Shown here: positions 18,416 to 26,819 of the stretch, piece after piece
Layout of the letters: each line of letters begins with the position of its first letter
Numbering within the stretch: position 1 is the stretch's first letter
NCBI GenBank assembly: GCA_021823825.1
Contig: JAKANJ010000001.1
Coordinates: 1 to 47,070 of the forward strand
Direction of reading: 5' to 3'
Source of the DNA: a bacterium
Lineage (GTDB): Bacteria > Patescibacteriota > Minisyncoccia > Phycocordibacterales > UBA1550
Length of the DNA: 47,070 nucleotides
Position numbers and translations under genes: made by a program
The notes under the pieces: generated by a model
Seen by the model: only the letters and a program-made list of their open reading frames with translations
Database searches by the model: none
What the model was told of the DNA's origin: nothing

Positions 18416-19069
18416 TTATTGTGCCACTACGTTTTTCTCTGCTTCACCCGGGTTAAAGAGGCGGTAGTAGAGCTCGGTAAGCTCTTCTGTGCCCAAAGGA
18501 ACAACGCGAACACCTGTTCGTGCAAGGCCTTGTTTGACGATACCAACACGCTGTTCAATTTGTGAACGCGCCTCCTCAAAAGCCTCAACCGCGCTTGGGG
18601 ACGGGACAGTGCTCTTTTCTTTTTTACCGCCCAAAAGACCCATAAAACCAGAAGATTTTTCACTGCTTGTTACTGATTTTGGTGGTGCATAGGGCACCAC
18701 AACAATAAAAAGCTTATTCATAATATTGGTTGACTGCGTAATCTTTTGAATAAAACTTATGTATTCATGGATCTGTATTTTGAGAAGTTCATTGAGCTCG
18801 GTTTGTAGGCGAGCCTCAAGAAGTTTTACATAAGGACGGATATCCAGCTTTCTTGACTGTATAAAAATTTGTGTGGAGAACTCAAGAGAATTCAAAAAAT
18901 TTTGAAACTGACCAAGAATGGCAACCTGTTCATCGTCGGACTTGAGAGCAAGGTTTATTGATGAAGCAAGAAGAAGTACGCGGATTGTGCCGTCTTTTAG
19001 GATAACGATTCCATCGCGGATTTCCTTGATTGGAACAAAATCTTGAGCTGCTTTTGATTTAATTGCCAT
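18416..19069 (-). CDS. Soluble T4SS-associated protein resembling a VirB4 N-terminal domain (tentative)
   Basis: 217 aa with no TM, 5 nt upstream of virB4. FVPIKEIRDGIVILKDGTIRVLLLASSINL...FLNSLEFSTQIFIQS follows the pattern seen at VirB4-type N-termini. Assignment is by resemblance only. Confidence 0.35.
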   Translation of the reverse strand: MAIKSKAAQDFVPIKEIRDGIVILKDGTIRVLLLASSINLALKSDDEQVAILGQFQNFLNSLEFSTQIFIQSRKLDIRPYVKLLEARLQTELNELLKIQIHEYISFIQKITQSTNIMNKLFIVVVPYAPPKSVTSSEKSSGFMGLLGGKKEKSTVPSPSAVEAFEEARSQIEQRVGIVKQGLARTGVRVVPLGTEELTELYYRLFNPGEAEKNVVAQ

Positions 19070-19071
19070 AA

Positions 19072-19512
19072 TTATAATTGTTTACCTTTTGGTTCAACTG
19101 TCGGGCTACCTCCGCCAACATCTAAACCAAGTGATTTATTGGAAAGATTTCCAAGAGATAGTGATGTTGGGCTTTGTGGAACCTGGGAAGGAAGCCCTTT
19201 CCCGGCGCCGGGAGATGTTTCTTTTGTCGTTTTTTTCCACGTGTAGAGCTTACTGCCAATATAGTAATTGAAGCCAGCCTCAAGAACACCAATAAACGGC
19301 TTTCCAAGCTTCTCTTTTGGGTAAAATGCAAGCGCCCAAGTGAGGAAACCCAGCCCAAAAATAATCGGCGCGGAGATAAAAATCCAAGGAATGAGTCGGT
19401 AAATAAAATATGCGCCAGCAATACCCCCTGCGACGTAGATAGCTTGCTTTAAGGTGAGTGGTCCGAAAAGTTTGTCCTCAATATCAATATATTGTGGAAT
19501 GTGAAATTGCAT
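19072..19512 (-). CDS. PrgI-family / VirB3-like small membrane protein
   Basis: MQFHIPQYIDIEDKLFGPLTLKQAIYVAGG is followed by two TM helices, the characteristic PrgI-family opening. It lies immediately upstream of the VirB4 module. Confidence 0.7.
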   Translation of the reverse strand: MQFHIPQYIDIEDKLFGPLTLKQAIYVAGGIAGAYFIYRLIPWIFISAPIIFGLGFLTWALAFYPKEKLGKPFIGVLEAGFNYYIGSKLYTWKKTTKETSPGAGKGLPSQVPQSPTSLSLGNLSNKSLGLDVGGGSPTVEPKGKQL

Positions 19513-19620
19513 ATGAATAGTATAACGTATTTATCAAACTCAGGGAACGGTAAACTCTAGTTGTGATAGACCGAAAAACTATTTTTGCCCACTTTTGGTA
19601 GACACTTTGTTTCGCCAACA

Positions 19621-20409
19621 CTATTCAATCGGCTCACGGTAAGGGTCCTTCCTTGGCACGACAGGTATTGCAACCTCCTGTGCTGTACTCGTTGCTGGGG
19701 ATGGTGTTGCTGGTGCTTGTGGTGTAGAAGGCTGAACGGGGTTGATTGTAGGAGGGACAAACGAGGTTTCTGGGGCGACCGCCGTACTTGAGGCGACTGG
19801 CTCAAGTACGAGACTGTCTGGATCCGCTTGCCCCGAGGTGAATACCTGCTTCATTTTTTCCTCAAAAGGATGTGGCTCTATTTTGGGCTGTTGTGGTTCG
19901 GGTGTGTATACCCTGTTCCCAACCTTTTCTTCTATTGGAGGAATAAGGGGTTCTACCTCGGGCGCTATGGGCAAATTTTCTGGAGCGACGACGTTTTTAA
20001 ACATTGCTGGCGCTTCAGGCTCTACGGGAACGTTCTTTTCTGTGGTTTCTGGTGTAGGAGCAGGCTGTTCTTCGCTGCTATTTGTCTCATTTTCAAAAAA
20101 TGAGACAAGATCGGCACGTATTGAGTTAAAAATTTTCTGCTCTGTTGCATTAACAACTGCTTCAAGCACAGCTCCTTTTAACCCAAGTTCCTCTTGTAAG
20201 GCGGAGCCGAATTCATCAACCGGGACCAAACCAGCAAGAACAAGGGCAACTTCTCTTTTAAAGTTTGAAACCTGTTCTTCGTCTAAATTGTACATTGAAG
20301 CAATTGCGTCAAGGTCTTCATTCCAGTTTGGTGTAGCAAGAAACGCAACAACACTTTTAGGAAGTTTAAGAAGTTGCTCTTGAAGAATTGTTAATGTTTC
20401 GTTATCCAT
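19621..20409 (-). CDS. Acidic, proline-rich protein with a folded N-terminal ~100-aa domain, unknown function
   Basis: 262 aa, no signal peptide or TM. The C-terminal 150 aa are P/E/V-rich low complexity. It lies inside the operon. Confidence 0.65.
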   Translation of the reverse strand: MDNETLTILQEQLLKLPKSVVAFLATPNWNEDLDAIASMYNLDEEQVSNFKREVALVLAGLVPVDEFGSALQEELGLKGAVLEAVVNATEQKIFNSIRADLVSFFENETNSSEEQPAPTPETTEKNVPVEPEAPAMFKNVVAPENLPIAPEVEPLIPPIEEKVGNRVYTPEPQQPKIEPHPFEEKMKQVFTSGQADPDSLVLEPVASSTAVAPETSFVPPTINPVQPSTPQAPATPSPATSTAQEVAIPVVPRKDPYREPIE

Positions 20410-20427
20410 GAGGTATTTTTGTGTAAT

Positions 20428-23196
20428 TTATGGTGTCGCTTGTTTCTTTGCCGCCTCAGCCGCTTTCTTTGCCACTTCAGCCTCATCAGCCTCCCTTTTT
20501 GCAGCTATTTTTTGTATCGCTTTAGTCATACTCTCTTCTTCTTTTTCTTCTTTTGCTTTTTTTGCTTTAGCGCTCGCGTTTCTGATCTTGTTTGCTCTAT
20601 TTAATGCAGTTGTTCTTCCTGATGCTGTCCAATTATCACCAGAATCTTTGTGGCGTGCGTAGACCTCACGACGAGCCGCATTTTCTTCAATCAACTCATT
20701 CTTTGCTTTTTTAAGATCAGCGTCTTTTATCTTCTTTATTTCAGCTGTCTCTGCGCGCCGCTTTGCTGCCGCCGCAAGGTCTATTCCCTCAGCAGAAGCT
20801 GAGTGAGTTGAGATTGCAGAGTCCACATTATTTTTTGCCGTTGTGCGTGCCATTGTAGCATCGGATGCAGTTTTTTTCGCTACAGCCTCTGCCCTTTCCG
20901 CATCAGCCTGACCGATCTTTTTTCCTGGGTAGTTAGGATCTTCAAGCGCGTTTGGGTTTGAGGTTATTTTCTTCAGATTTTCAGAAGCTATTGCCAAAGC
21001 TGCGGCTGCGGCTGTTTCCTTTTCAACAAGCTCCTTTTCGGCTTTCTGAGCCGCGACAACGGCTTTACCTGTCTCACTCCCTGCCGCCTTCTCCTCGGCC
21101 TTCTTTAGGTTTTGCTCAGCGTCATAATCTGCACGGTTTGCTAGGTTTGCTTCGTGCTCTTTTTGTTCAATTGCTTTCTGTGGACGCTCCATGAGTTTTG
21201 CCATGTGCTCATTCTTCTTTTCCCTGTCCTCATTCCACTTCTTCCCTTGAGAGGTGTATGTCATCTCACTACCCTTACCTAGGCCCAATGTTTTACCAAC
21301 AGCTCCGCCCCCGATATTGCGCACATCAAAGGTTGCATTCTGTGCCTTGTCTGCGGCAAGAAGCCCAAGCTTGCTAACACCGCGGGTTATTTTGTTTGAG
21401 CTCAACGCTCCCTCCTGGAGCTTCCCACTTGCGGCAAGCATTGATCCAGCTTGACCAGCGGCAAGTGATGCTCCGCCAGACGCGACAGCCACGCCTGCAC
21501 CGATTGCTTTTGAAGCATACTCTGATGCCATTTTGCCAAAGTCGCCACTCATTTTTTCAGCAACCTTCAGCGCTTTCTGCAGCGCAAGGAATATTATTAT
21601 TGCAATAGTGATTGGGACAACAAGCTTATCAAAAATGAAAGTTGAGGTACTTGATGCATCTCCCACAACACCGCTCAAAATACCGCCACCCGCAGAAACA
21701 CCTTGCATAACGAGGTAAATCAAAAAGAGGAAGACCGGCGCAACAAAGGCTTGATCTAGGAGTGTGTTTGACCACCAATTAAAAATACTCCCTTTCGGTA
21801 AGGCAATAGATATAAAAGCAAAGGGTGAAAGAATCATCAAGAACCAAAAAGCAACAAGACGACCAAGGAAAAGCAATGTTCCTTTAAAAAAGATGTATGC
21901 CACCGTGAGGCTTACAAAAGCGGCAACTAAGAAAATAATAAGTGCATCAAGTGGGCTCGTGAGGGCTTTTGCACCTGCTTCACCGAGGAATTTTTGCGGC
22001 TGGAATTGGGCTGCAATTCCACTCGCTATTCCGCGTTGTTGTACATCGCTTGTACTTGTTTTAATTCCTGATGTGTTGGTTGTGCCCATGCTGTTGTACA
22101 CCCCAACCGCAAGAACATTCCCGGCATCTATGACCACCTTTGTAAAAAATAGACTGAAGTTTATCAAAAGAGCAATGACAATGACGTTTATCACTGTCTT
22201 TTTCCAGTTGCCTAACCCCAGCATTGTCTGTATCCCCGTATAAAGGAGAATAAAGATAAAAATCATGTTGGAGAAATTCCTGAGAAGAACCCAGAGCGTT
22301 GATACGAACGGTTTATTTACAAATGCACTACTAATGCTCAAGGACAATGCCATGTCAAAGAAGTAAACAGCGCCCATGAGCAACCAGGAGGATGGAACAT
22401 AAAAAGCATAGTACGCACCGATGGTGAGACAAGCGGGGACATCAAAACCATCAGTTATTCCTTTCCAGCATTGGAGTTTTCCAAGGTTTGGATTTTGGCC
22501 CGCGGGAGGTGCTGCTGTGGTTACGCTTACATTTCCTGTTCCTGTTTCACCTGTCGGGCTTGTGCATGTCAGGCTGTATGTTCCCGCTTGTGGCGGTTTG
22601 ATCGTCCATGTACCACTATATTCTTTGGGGCCTGCCCAATTCCCCGGACCCGAAGCAAGACAACCATTAGGTGCCTTTGTATTTGAGGCTGTCCATGAAA
22701 TATTGATTTGCTGAGTAGAATTGTCGGCAGCGAGTTGTTGTGGTGTTGCGGTGAGAGAAACAACGGGCTGTGTCGCCGAAGTTGGCATATTGACGTTTAC
22801 GTACAAATAAGTGCTTGGGCTAATACTGAAGGTGTCGGGGTTAATGCACTTAATACCGAAAACGACAGGGTTTGCCCAAGTAGAGTCAATGGTAACCGGC
22901 ACTGTCTGTTCACCCGAAGGAGGACGAGAGAGGGGTGTATTTGGATCAATGTTGCCTCCTGATATTAAACACTGTGATGGAGCATTAGATGCCCAGCGGA
23001 GGGTAACGCTATCACCATTATTAATCGTCGTTGTGTCAGTGTTGTCGTTCGGTGTTGATGAGGTTGCGGGCGCAACTGTTGCAGATGTGATCACAACTTT
23101 ATCAGCTGCGTGGGCAAAGGGTGCCATTACAAAGTTAACTCCAAAGAACGTAATTCCCGCTAGTGCAATTAGTGTTGTTTTAAGAATTTTGTTCAT
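20428..23196 (-). CDS. VirB6/TrbL-like polytopic membrane protein with N-terminal extracellular beta domains and a long A/K/E-rich C-terminal tail
   Basis: The likely start is ATG 23196 (MNKILKTTLIALAGITFFGVNFVMAPFAHA signal); the ORF is open to 23280. About 250 aa are beta-rich with repeated W/T/C motifs. About 8 TM helices follow, then a roughly 330-aa charged coiled-coil-like tail. Confidence 0.6.
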   Translation of the reverse strand: MNKILKTTLIALAGITFFGVNFVMAPFAHAADKVVITSATVAPATSSTPNDNTDTTTINNGDSVTLRWASNAPSQCLISGGNIDPNTPLSRPPSGEQTVPVTIDSTWANPVVFGIKCINPDTFSISPSTYLYVNVNMPTSATQPVVSLTATPQQLAADNSTQQINISWTASNTKAPNGCLASGPGNWAGPKEYSGTWTIKPPQAGTYSLTCTSPTGETGTGNVSVTTAAPPAGQNPNLGKLQCWKGITDGFDVPACLTIGAYYAFYVPSSWLLMGAVYFFDMALSLSISSAFVNKPFVSTLWVLLRNFSNMIFIFILLYTGIQTMLGLGNWKKTVINVIVIALLINFSLFFTKVVIDAGNVLAVGVYNSMGTTNTSGIKTSTSDVQQRGIASGIAAQFQPQKFLGEAGAKALTSPLDALIIFLVAAFVSLTVAYIFFKGTLLFLGRLVAFWFLMILSPFAFISIALPKGSIFNWWSNTLLDQAFVAPVFLFLIYLVMQGVSAGGGILSGVVGDASSTSTFIFDKLVVPITIAIIIFLALQKALKVAEKMSGDFGKMASEYASKAIGAGVAVASGGASLAAGQAGSMLAASGKLQEGALSSNKITRGVSKLGLLAADKAQNATFDVRNIGGGAVGKTLGLGKGSEMTYTSQGKKWNEDREKKNEHMAKLMERPQKAIEQKEHEANLANRADYDAEQNLKKAEEKAAGSETGKAVVAAQKAEKELVEKETAAAAALAIASENLKKITSNPNALEDPNYPGKKIGQADAERAEAVAKKTASDATMARTTAKNNVDSAISTHSASAEGIDLAAAAKRRAETAEIKKIKDADLKKAKNELIEENAARREVYARHKDSGDNWTASGRTTALNRANKIRNASAKAKKAKEEKEEESMTKAIQKIAAKREADEAEVAKKAAEAAKKQATP

Positions 23197-23325
23197 CCCG
23201 TTAGAAATAGGCCGCGATTGAAGAGCGACATTGTGTTCTATTTCTTTTGTGTTGCTTCGACTTTTCATTTTTGTGTTCATCGCGATTTCTAACGGGATTC
23301 ATTCGGATAAATTAAAACACGGTAG

Positions 23326-24432
23326 CTACTTAAAGACCCCCCGCACGGTTTGCTGTACGAGCTGGGTCAAAAGTGCAGTGATAACCTTGTTCATATCATC
23401 AGCAAAACCTAAACGATCCATATCAACACCAAGTGTTTTTGTAAGTTGGTTGGAGATGACATTTCCTGGGGTTGTAATGGGGCAGTATTTCTTTTCAAGT
23501 GCCGAAATAACTTCAGGGGTATATTTTTTAGGATCTGGACGACCTGTTGCATCAAGAGCAATTGCGTTGGGATCTTTTGGTTTATCTTTTATGTTTACAT
23601 AGCTACATTTTTTAGGGTCATTATCAACAAGGTCAATAAAGCCATGCGACCATGCGAGTTGCTGTGCCTGAAGAGCTGCTTGTTGTTGCTCTCGTTGATT
23701 CAATTCGTCGCCTGTAAGCACCGCGACACCAAATGGGTTCCCCGCGTCATTCAAGGCGTTTGCGAAAGAATCCCACCCACCATTTGTGAAGTCATTATAA
23801 AAGGCGCCCGCATCACCTGTGCCAAACGGACACTTGACTTGGGATGCAAACATTTGGCTGTTGTCCGAGGATAAATCAACAGCATTGCTCAACGTGACGG
23901 TAAAATTGGGAACAAAGTTACATGCCCCAATGCTTTTAATTTGTTGAGCGAGCTCGGTTGCGACTGAGTTAGCTATATCAGCAAAAACCTTTTTAGGACT
24001 GATTGCAAATGATGGGCTACCATGGAATCCTCCTTGAATCCACTTAATAGTGCTATTTGTCATTTCTGTCAGCGTGCACTGCGCAAGAACATATGCAATA
24101 TTATTTAAAACAGATTTTGTTGGATCTACTGCAGTGATAATACCTAAATTCGAGCCGGCAACAGTTGCCGCCGGGATATTAGTAACTGGAACGTTGCCTA
24201 CAGCAGCTGCTGTCGCTGCAGCAGCTGCTGTCGCAGCCGCAGCTGCCGCAACTTGTGCATCTGTGGATGTGAGTTTTAATGTGTCGACAAGCCCTGCCGC
24301 AGTCCCTGTTGTAATACAAACTGCGAATGATGCATTGTCAGCGTGTGCGCGAGGTGTACCAGTGAGTGCTATGTAAACAGCAAAAGCGGATATCACAACA
24401 GTCTTTTGGAGTGTTTTGAAATTATAATTCAT
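23326..24432 (-). CDS. Secreted protein with poly-Ala tract, unknown function
   Basis: A signal peptide ends in AHA. It carries the tract AAAAATAAAAATAAAV and 4 Cys. No family recognised. Confidence 0.7.
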   Translation of the reverse strand: MNYNFKTLQKTVVISAFAVYIALTGTPRAHADNASFAVCITTGTAAGLVDTLKLTSTDAQVAAAAAATAAAAATAAAVGNVPVTNIPAATVAGSNLGIITAVDPTKSVLNNIAYVLAQCTLTEMTNSTIKWIQGGFHGSPSFAISPKKVFADIANSVATELAQQIKSIGACNFVPNFTVTLSNAVDLSSDNSQMFASQVKCPFGTGDAGAFYNDFTNGGWDSFANALNDAGNPFGVAVLTGDELNQREQQQAALQAQQLAWSHGFIDLVDNDPKKCSYVNIKDKPKDPNAIALDATGRPDPKKYTPEVISALEKKYCPITTPGNVISNQLTKTLGVDMDRLGFADDMNKVITALLTQLVQQTVRGVFK

Positions 24433-24441
24433 ACTTTGTAA

Positions 24442-25260
24442 TTAATTTGGCAGCACATAATTTTTATATTCATTTTGAGCAACAAGGGTATCTTGTGCTG
24501 CCTCCTGGTACTGTTTAAAGCCCGTAAGACCTTTAACGGGGTCATCAAATATCCCCTCCATTATTTTTAAACCATTTTGCATGTCTGAATAATCCTGAAC
24601 AACCCGCAAGTGAATTGACGCGAGAGAGGATGGGGTACTAACGGCAAGGATTCCTTTAATTAATGTTTCGTAGTGAGCAATGTTTTGCTCAAGTTTGGAA
24701 ATTCTCAATGCGCTGTTGGTGCCAGGGTCTTCTAATGCGACCTGGAGATCCCCATTTGTCTGTGAGGAAACAAAATTACTAATGAGTCTCGTCATTGCTA
24801 CGGTGTAGTTAATGACCGCGGTGCGACTGTTGTCTTCGGTGATATTGAGGTCACTGACTTGATACTGTTTCCCATACGAGACGGGAATACTATTTGCTAG
24901 TACTTGCGCTTGAGATAACGCATCTGCGTCGCTCAATGTGGTTGTTCCTGTATTTTGTACAAATGCAGCGTAGTTGTTGATGAGCTGTCTCGCGAGGAGG
25001 TCTGTTGTCGTTGTTCCAAGTGGTGCGTCGGGCAGTGTTGATGAATCATTTGCAACCGTTGAAATTGGAGCTGTTTGTAATGTGTCGTTGTTTTGAGTAC
25101 TACTAACAACTTGTAGGGTGTTTGCGTTACTTGCCACAGAGTTTGCAGATTCGTGTGGTGTTGCATTAAATAAATTTTTATTTAATGCAAGATAAATGAT
25201 GCCTATGCTGAGGAGGACAGCGAGGAAGATAGAAAAGATTTTTTTTGATTGCTGGTTCAT
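24442..25260 (-). CDS. N-terminally anchored extracytoplasmic protein, unknown function (first gene of the operon)
   Basis: TM helix IFSIFLAVLLSIGIIYLAL followed by a T/S/N-rich region and a helical C-terminal half. Confidence 0.7.
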   Translation of the reverse strand: MNQQSKKIFSIFLAVLLSIGIIYLALNKNLFNATPHESANSVASNANTLQVVSSTQNNDTLQTAPISTVANDSSTLPDAPLGTTTTDLLARQLINNYAAFVQNTGTTTLSDADALSQAQVLANSIPVSYGKQYQVSDLNITEDNSRTAVINYTVAMTRLISNFVSSQTNGDLQVALEDPGTNSALRISKLEQNIAHYETLIKGILAVSTPSSLASIHLRVVQDYSDMQNGLKIMEGIFDDPVKGLTGFKQYQEAAQDTLVAQNEYKNYVLPN

Positions 25261-25322
25261 ACCTCCTTGCTAATAAGTATACCAGATACTTATATGAATA
25301 TACAGTAAAATTTGATGTTTTT

Positions 25323-25331
25323 TGTGGACAA
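25323..25331. promoter_or_regulatory. DnaA-box-like 9-mer (TGTGGACAA) in the divergent promoter region
   Basis: An 8/9 match, equivalent to the TTGTCCACA variant. It sits about 25 nt upstream of the extended -10-like TGGTATACT at 25356-25364, between the T4SS-like operon and the PG-binding gene. Confidence 0.4.
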
Positions 25332-25370
25332 CCATAAACAAACTCGTTACCTTCGTGGTATACTTTTAAA

Positions 25371-26375
25371 ATGAAATTCCGATTAACTTTTGCTGGGGCA
25401 GTGGCAGCTCTTCCCTTTTTTGTTTTCGCTCAAAATTATACCTTTTCCCGCAATTTACAGGTAGGAGTGTCTGGCGATGATGTCCTCGCTTTACAAAAAG
25501 CACTCAATCTTGATTCAGCGACGAAGGTTGCCGATACCGGGCCAGGTTCTCCCGGGAACGAGACTCGATATTTCGGCCCAGCGACTGCGCAGGCGGTAGT
25601 AAGGTTCCAAGAAAAATACAGCGCTGATGTCTTGCAACCCGTTGGGCTCACCGTGGGGACGGGCTATTTTGGCGAAAAAACGCGCGAGAAAATTAATAGT
25701 TTATTAGCAAATTCATCAACAAAAAATACGGCACCAGGCGACACGATATCGACCGCGGGGACCGCACCTGCGCCAGCGGCACCTCAGGGGCTAGAAGGTG
25801 TCGTTATTAAGACCCCCTCGCAATATTCAGGAAAGCCCGGCACATCAATAACCATAGGGGGCTGGGGATTTACGCCCACCAATAATACTATTTATTTTGG
25901 ATCATCCTATAAGGTTGAGAATGTTGCATCAAGTGATGGTTACACGCTCACGTTTAGTGTACCGAGTATCCCCGCGGGGGCTTACGTAATCTCTCTGAAG
26001 AATAGTAATGGCGAGAGCCAAACAAAAACCTTTTTTTCAGTTACGAGTGCAACAGCAACCACGCCCGTCATTGAAAGTATCATGCCAGAAAGTGCAAAAC
26101 GGGGTGAGACGGTAACAATAAAAGGAACAGGATTCTCCGCGACGGGGAACATGTTGCGCACCAGTCTCGGAGTTTTTGAGAATATTCCGTCTGTGGATGG
26201 GACGACGATACTGTTTACTATACCCACAAATACTTTTACAACGCCACCAACAGGTTTTTCTATACCAACAAGCACTCCGCCGGTGACTGCGGCAATATTT
26301 ACAATGCCCGTATGGGTTTATGTTGCTAACGCAAATGGGCTAAGCAATGGACAAAGTTTTAATGCCAGTTTTTAA
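25371..26375 (+). CDS. Secreted peptidoglycan-binding protein with two IPT/TIG-like beta domains
   Basis: A signal peptide, then the PG_binding_1-like GVSGDDVLALQKALN...GPATAQAVVRFQEKY. Two repeats follow: GTSITIGGWGFTPTNNTIYFG and GETVTIKGTGFSATGNML. Confidence 0.75.
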   Translation: MKFRLTFAGAVAALPFFVFAQNYTFSRNLQVGVSGDDVLALQKALNLDSATKVADTGPGSPGNETRYFGPATAQAVVRFQEKYSADVLQPVGLTVGTGYFGEKTREKINSLLANSSTKNTAPGDTISTAGTAPAPAAPQGLEGVVIKTPSQYSGKPGTSITIGGWGFTPTNNTIYFGSSYKVENVASSDGYTLTFSVPSIPAGAYVISLKNSNGESQTKTFFSVTSATATTPVIESIMPESAKRGETVTIKGTGFSATGNMLRTSLGVFENIPSVDGTTILFTIPTNTFTTPPTGFSIPTSTPPVTAAIFTMPVWVYVANANGLSNGQSFNASF

Positions 26376-26429
26376 TTTTGTGTTTAGTTGCGATGGTGCC
26401 ACCCTTGTGAAATAATAGTATCTATACTT

Positions 26430-26819
26430 ATGAAGTTCCTCTCCTTTTTTAAAAAACACACACTACTTTTTAGTATCATTTTCTTTTTTGTATTAATTAC
26501 GACAGCATATGTCATAAAAATCAAAAAGAGTGAGGCAGCACTCGGGCTTCCATTTGGCGGACTCGTTCTTTGGGAATATCCGTGCACCTGTAGTCCTGGC
26601 ACCATAATGGTCTATTTGAGTCTTCCTCGCCCAGGACTTTACGCGGTCAACCCAACAGCGTTGGGGCCACTTCTTTTTTTGGACAAAGTCATTGCTCCTG
26701 GATCGTGGCTTTTAGGGAGCTATACACCAGGAGTACAATCTTGCATTATGTACTACGGGCTTACCTGTGCACCCTTCCCCGTGCTCGGTACAATTACTTC
26801 AACGGGGACTTCGTTGTAA
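26430..26819 (+). CDS. Small membrane-anchored Cys-containing protein, unknown function
   Basis: MKFLSFFKKHTLLFSIIFFFVLITTAYVI forms a TM anchor ahead of a roughly 95-aa domain with 5 Cys. It overlaps the 3' end of rsmA by 26 nt in convergent orientation. Confidence 0.55.
   Translation: MKFLSFFKKHTLLFSIIFFFVLITTAYVIKIKKSEAALGLPFGGLVLWEYPCTCSPGTIMVYLSLPRPGLYAVNPTALGPLLFLDKVIAPGSWLLGSYTPGVQSCIMYYGLTCAPFPVLGTITSTGTSL

Noticed and set aside
19742-20383. 213-aa plus-strand ORF antisense to the proline-rich operon gene
   Set aside because: It is a mirror ORF created by the biased codon composition of the Pro/Glu-rich gene. It breaks the operon's co-directional tight spacing and has no start context.
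21764-22243. 159-aa plus-strand ORF antisense to the VirB6-like gene, along with other antisense ORFs from 20408 to 23221
   Set aside because: They lie inside a continuous 950-aa ORF with coherent signal, TM and tail architecture. The antisense products are low-complexity.
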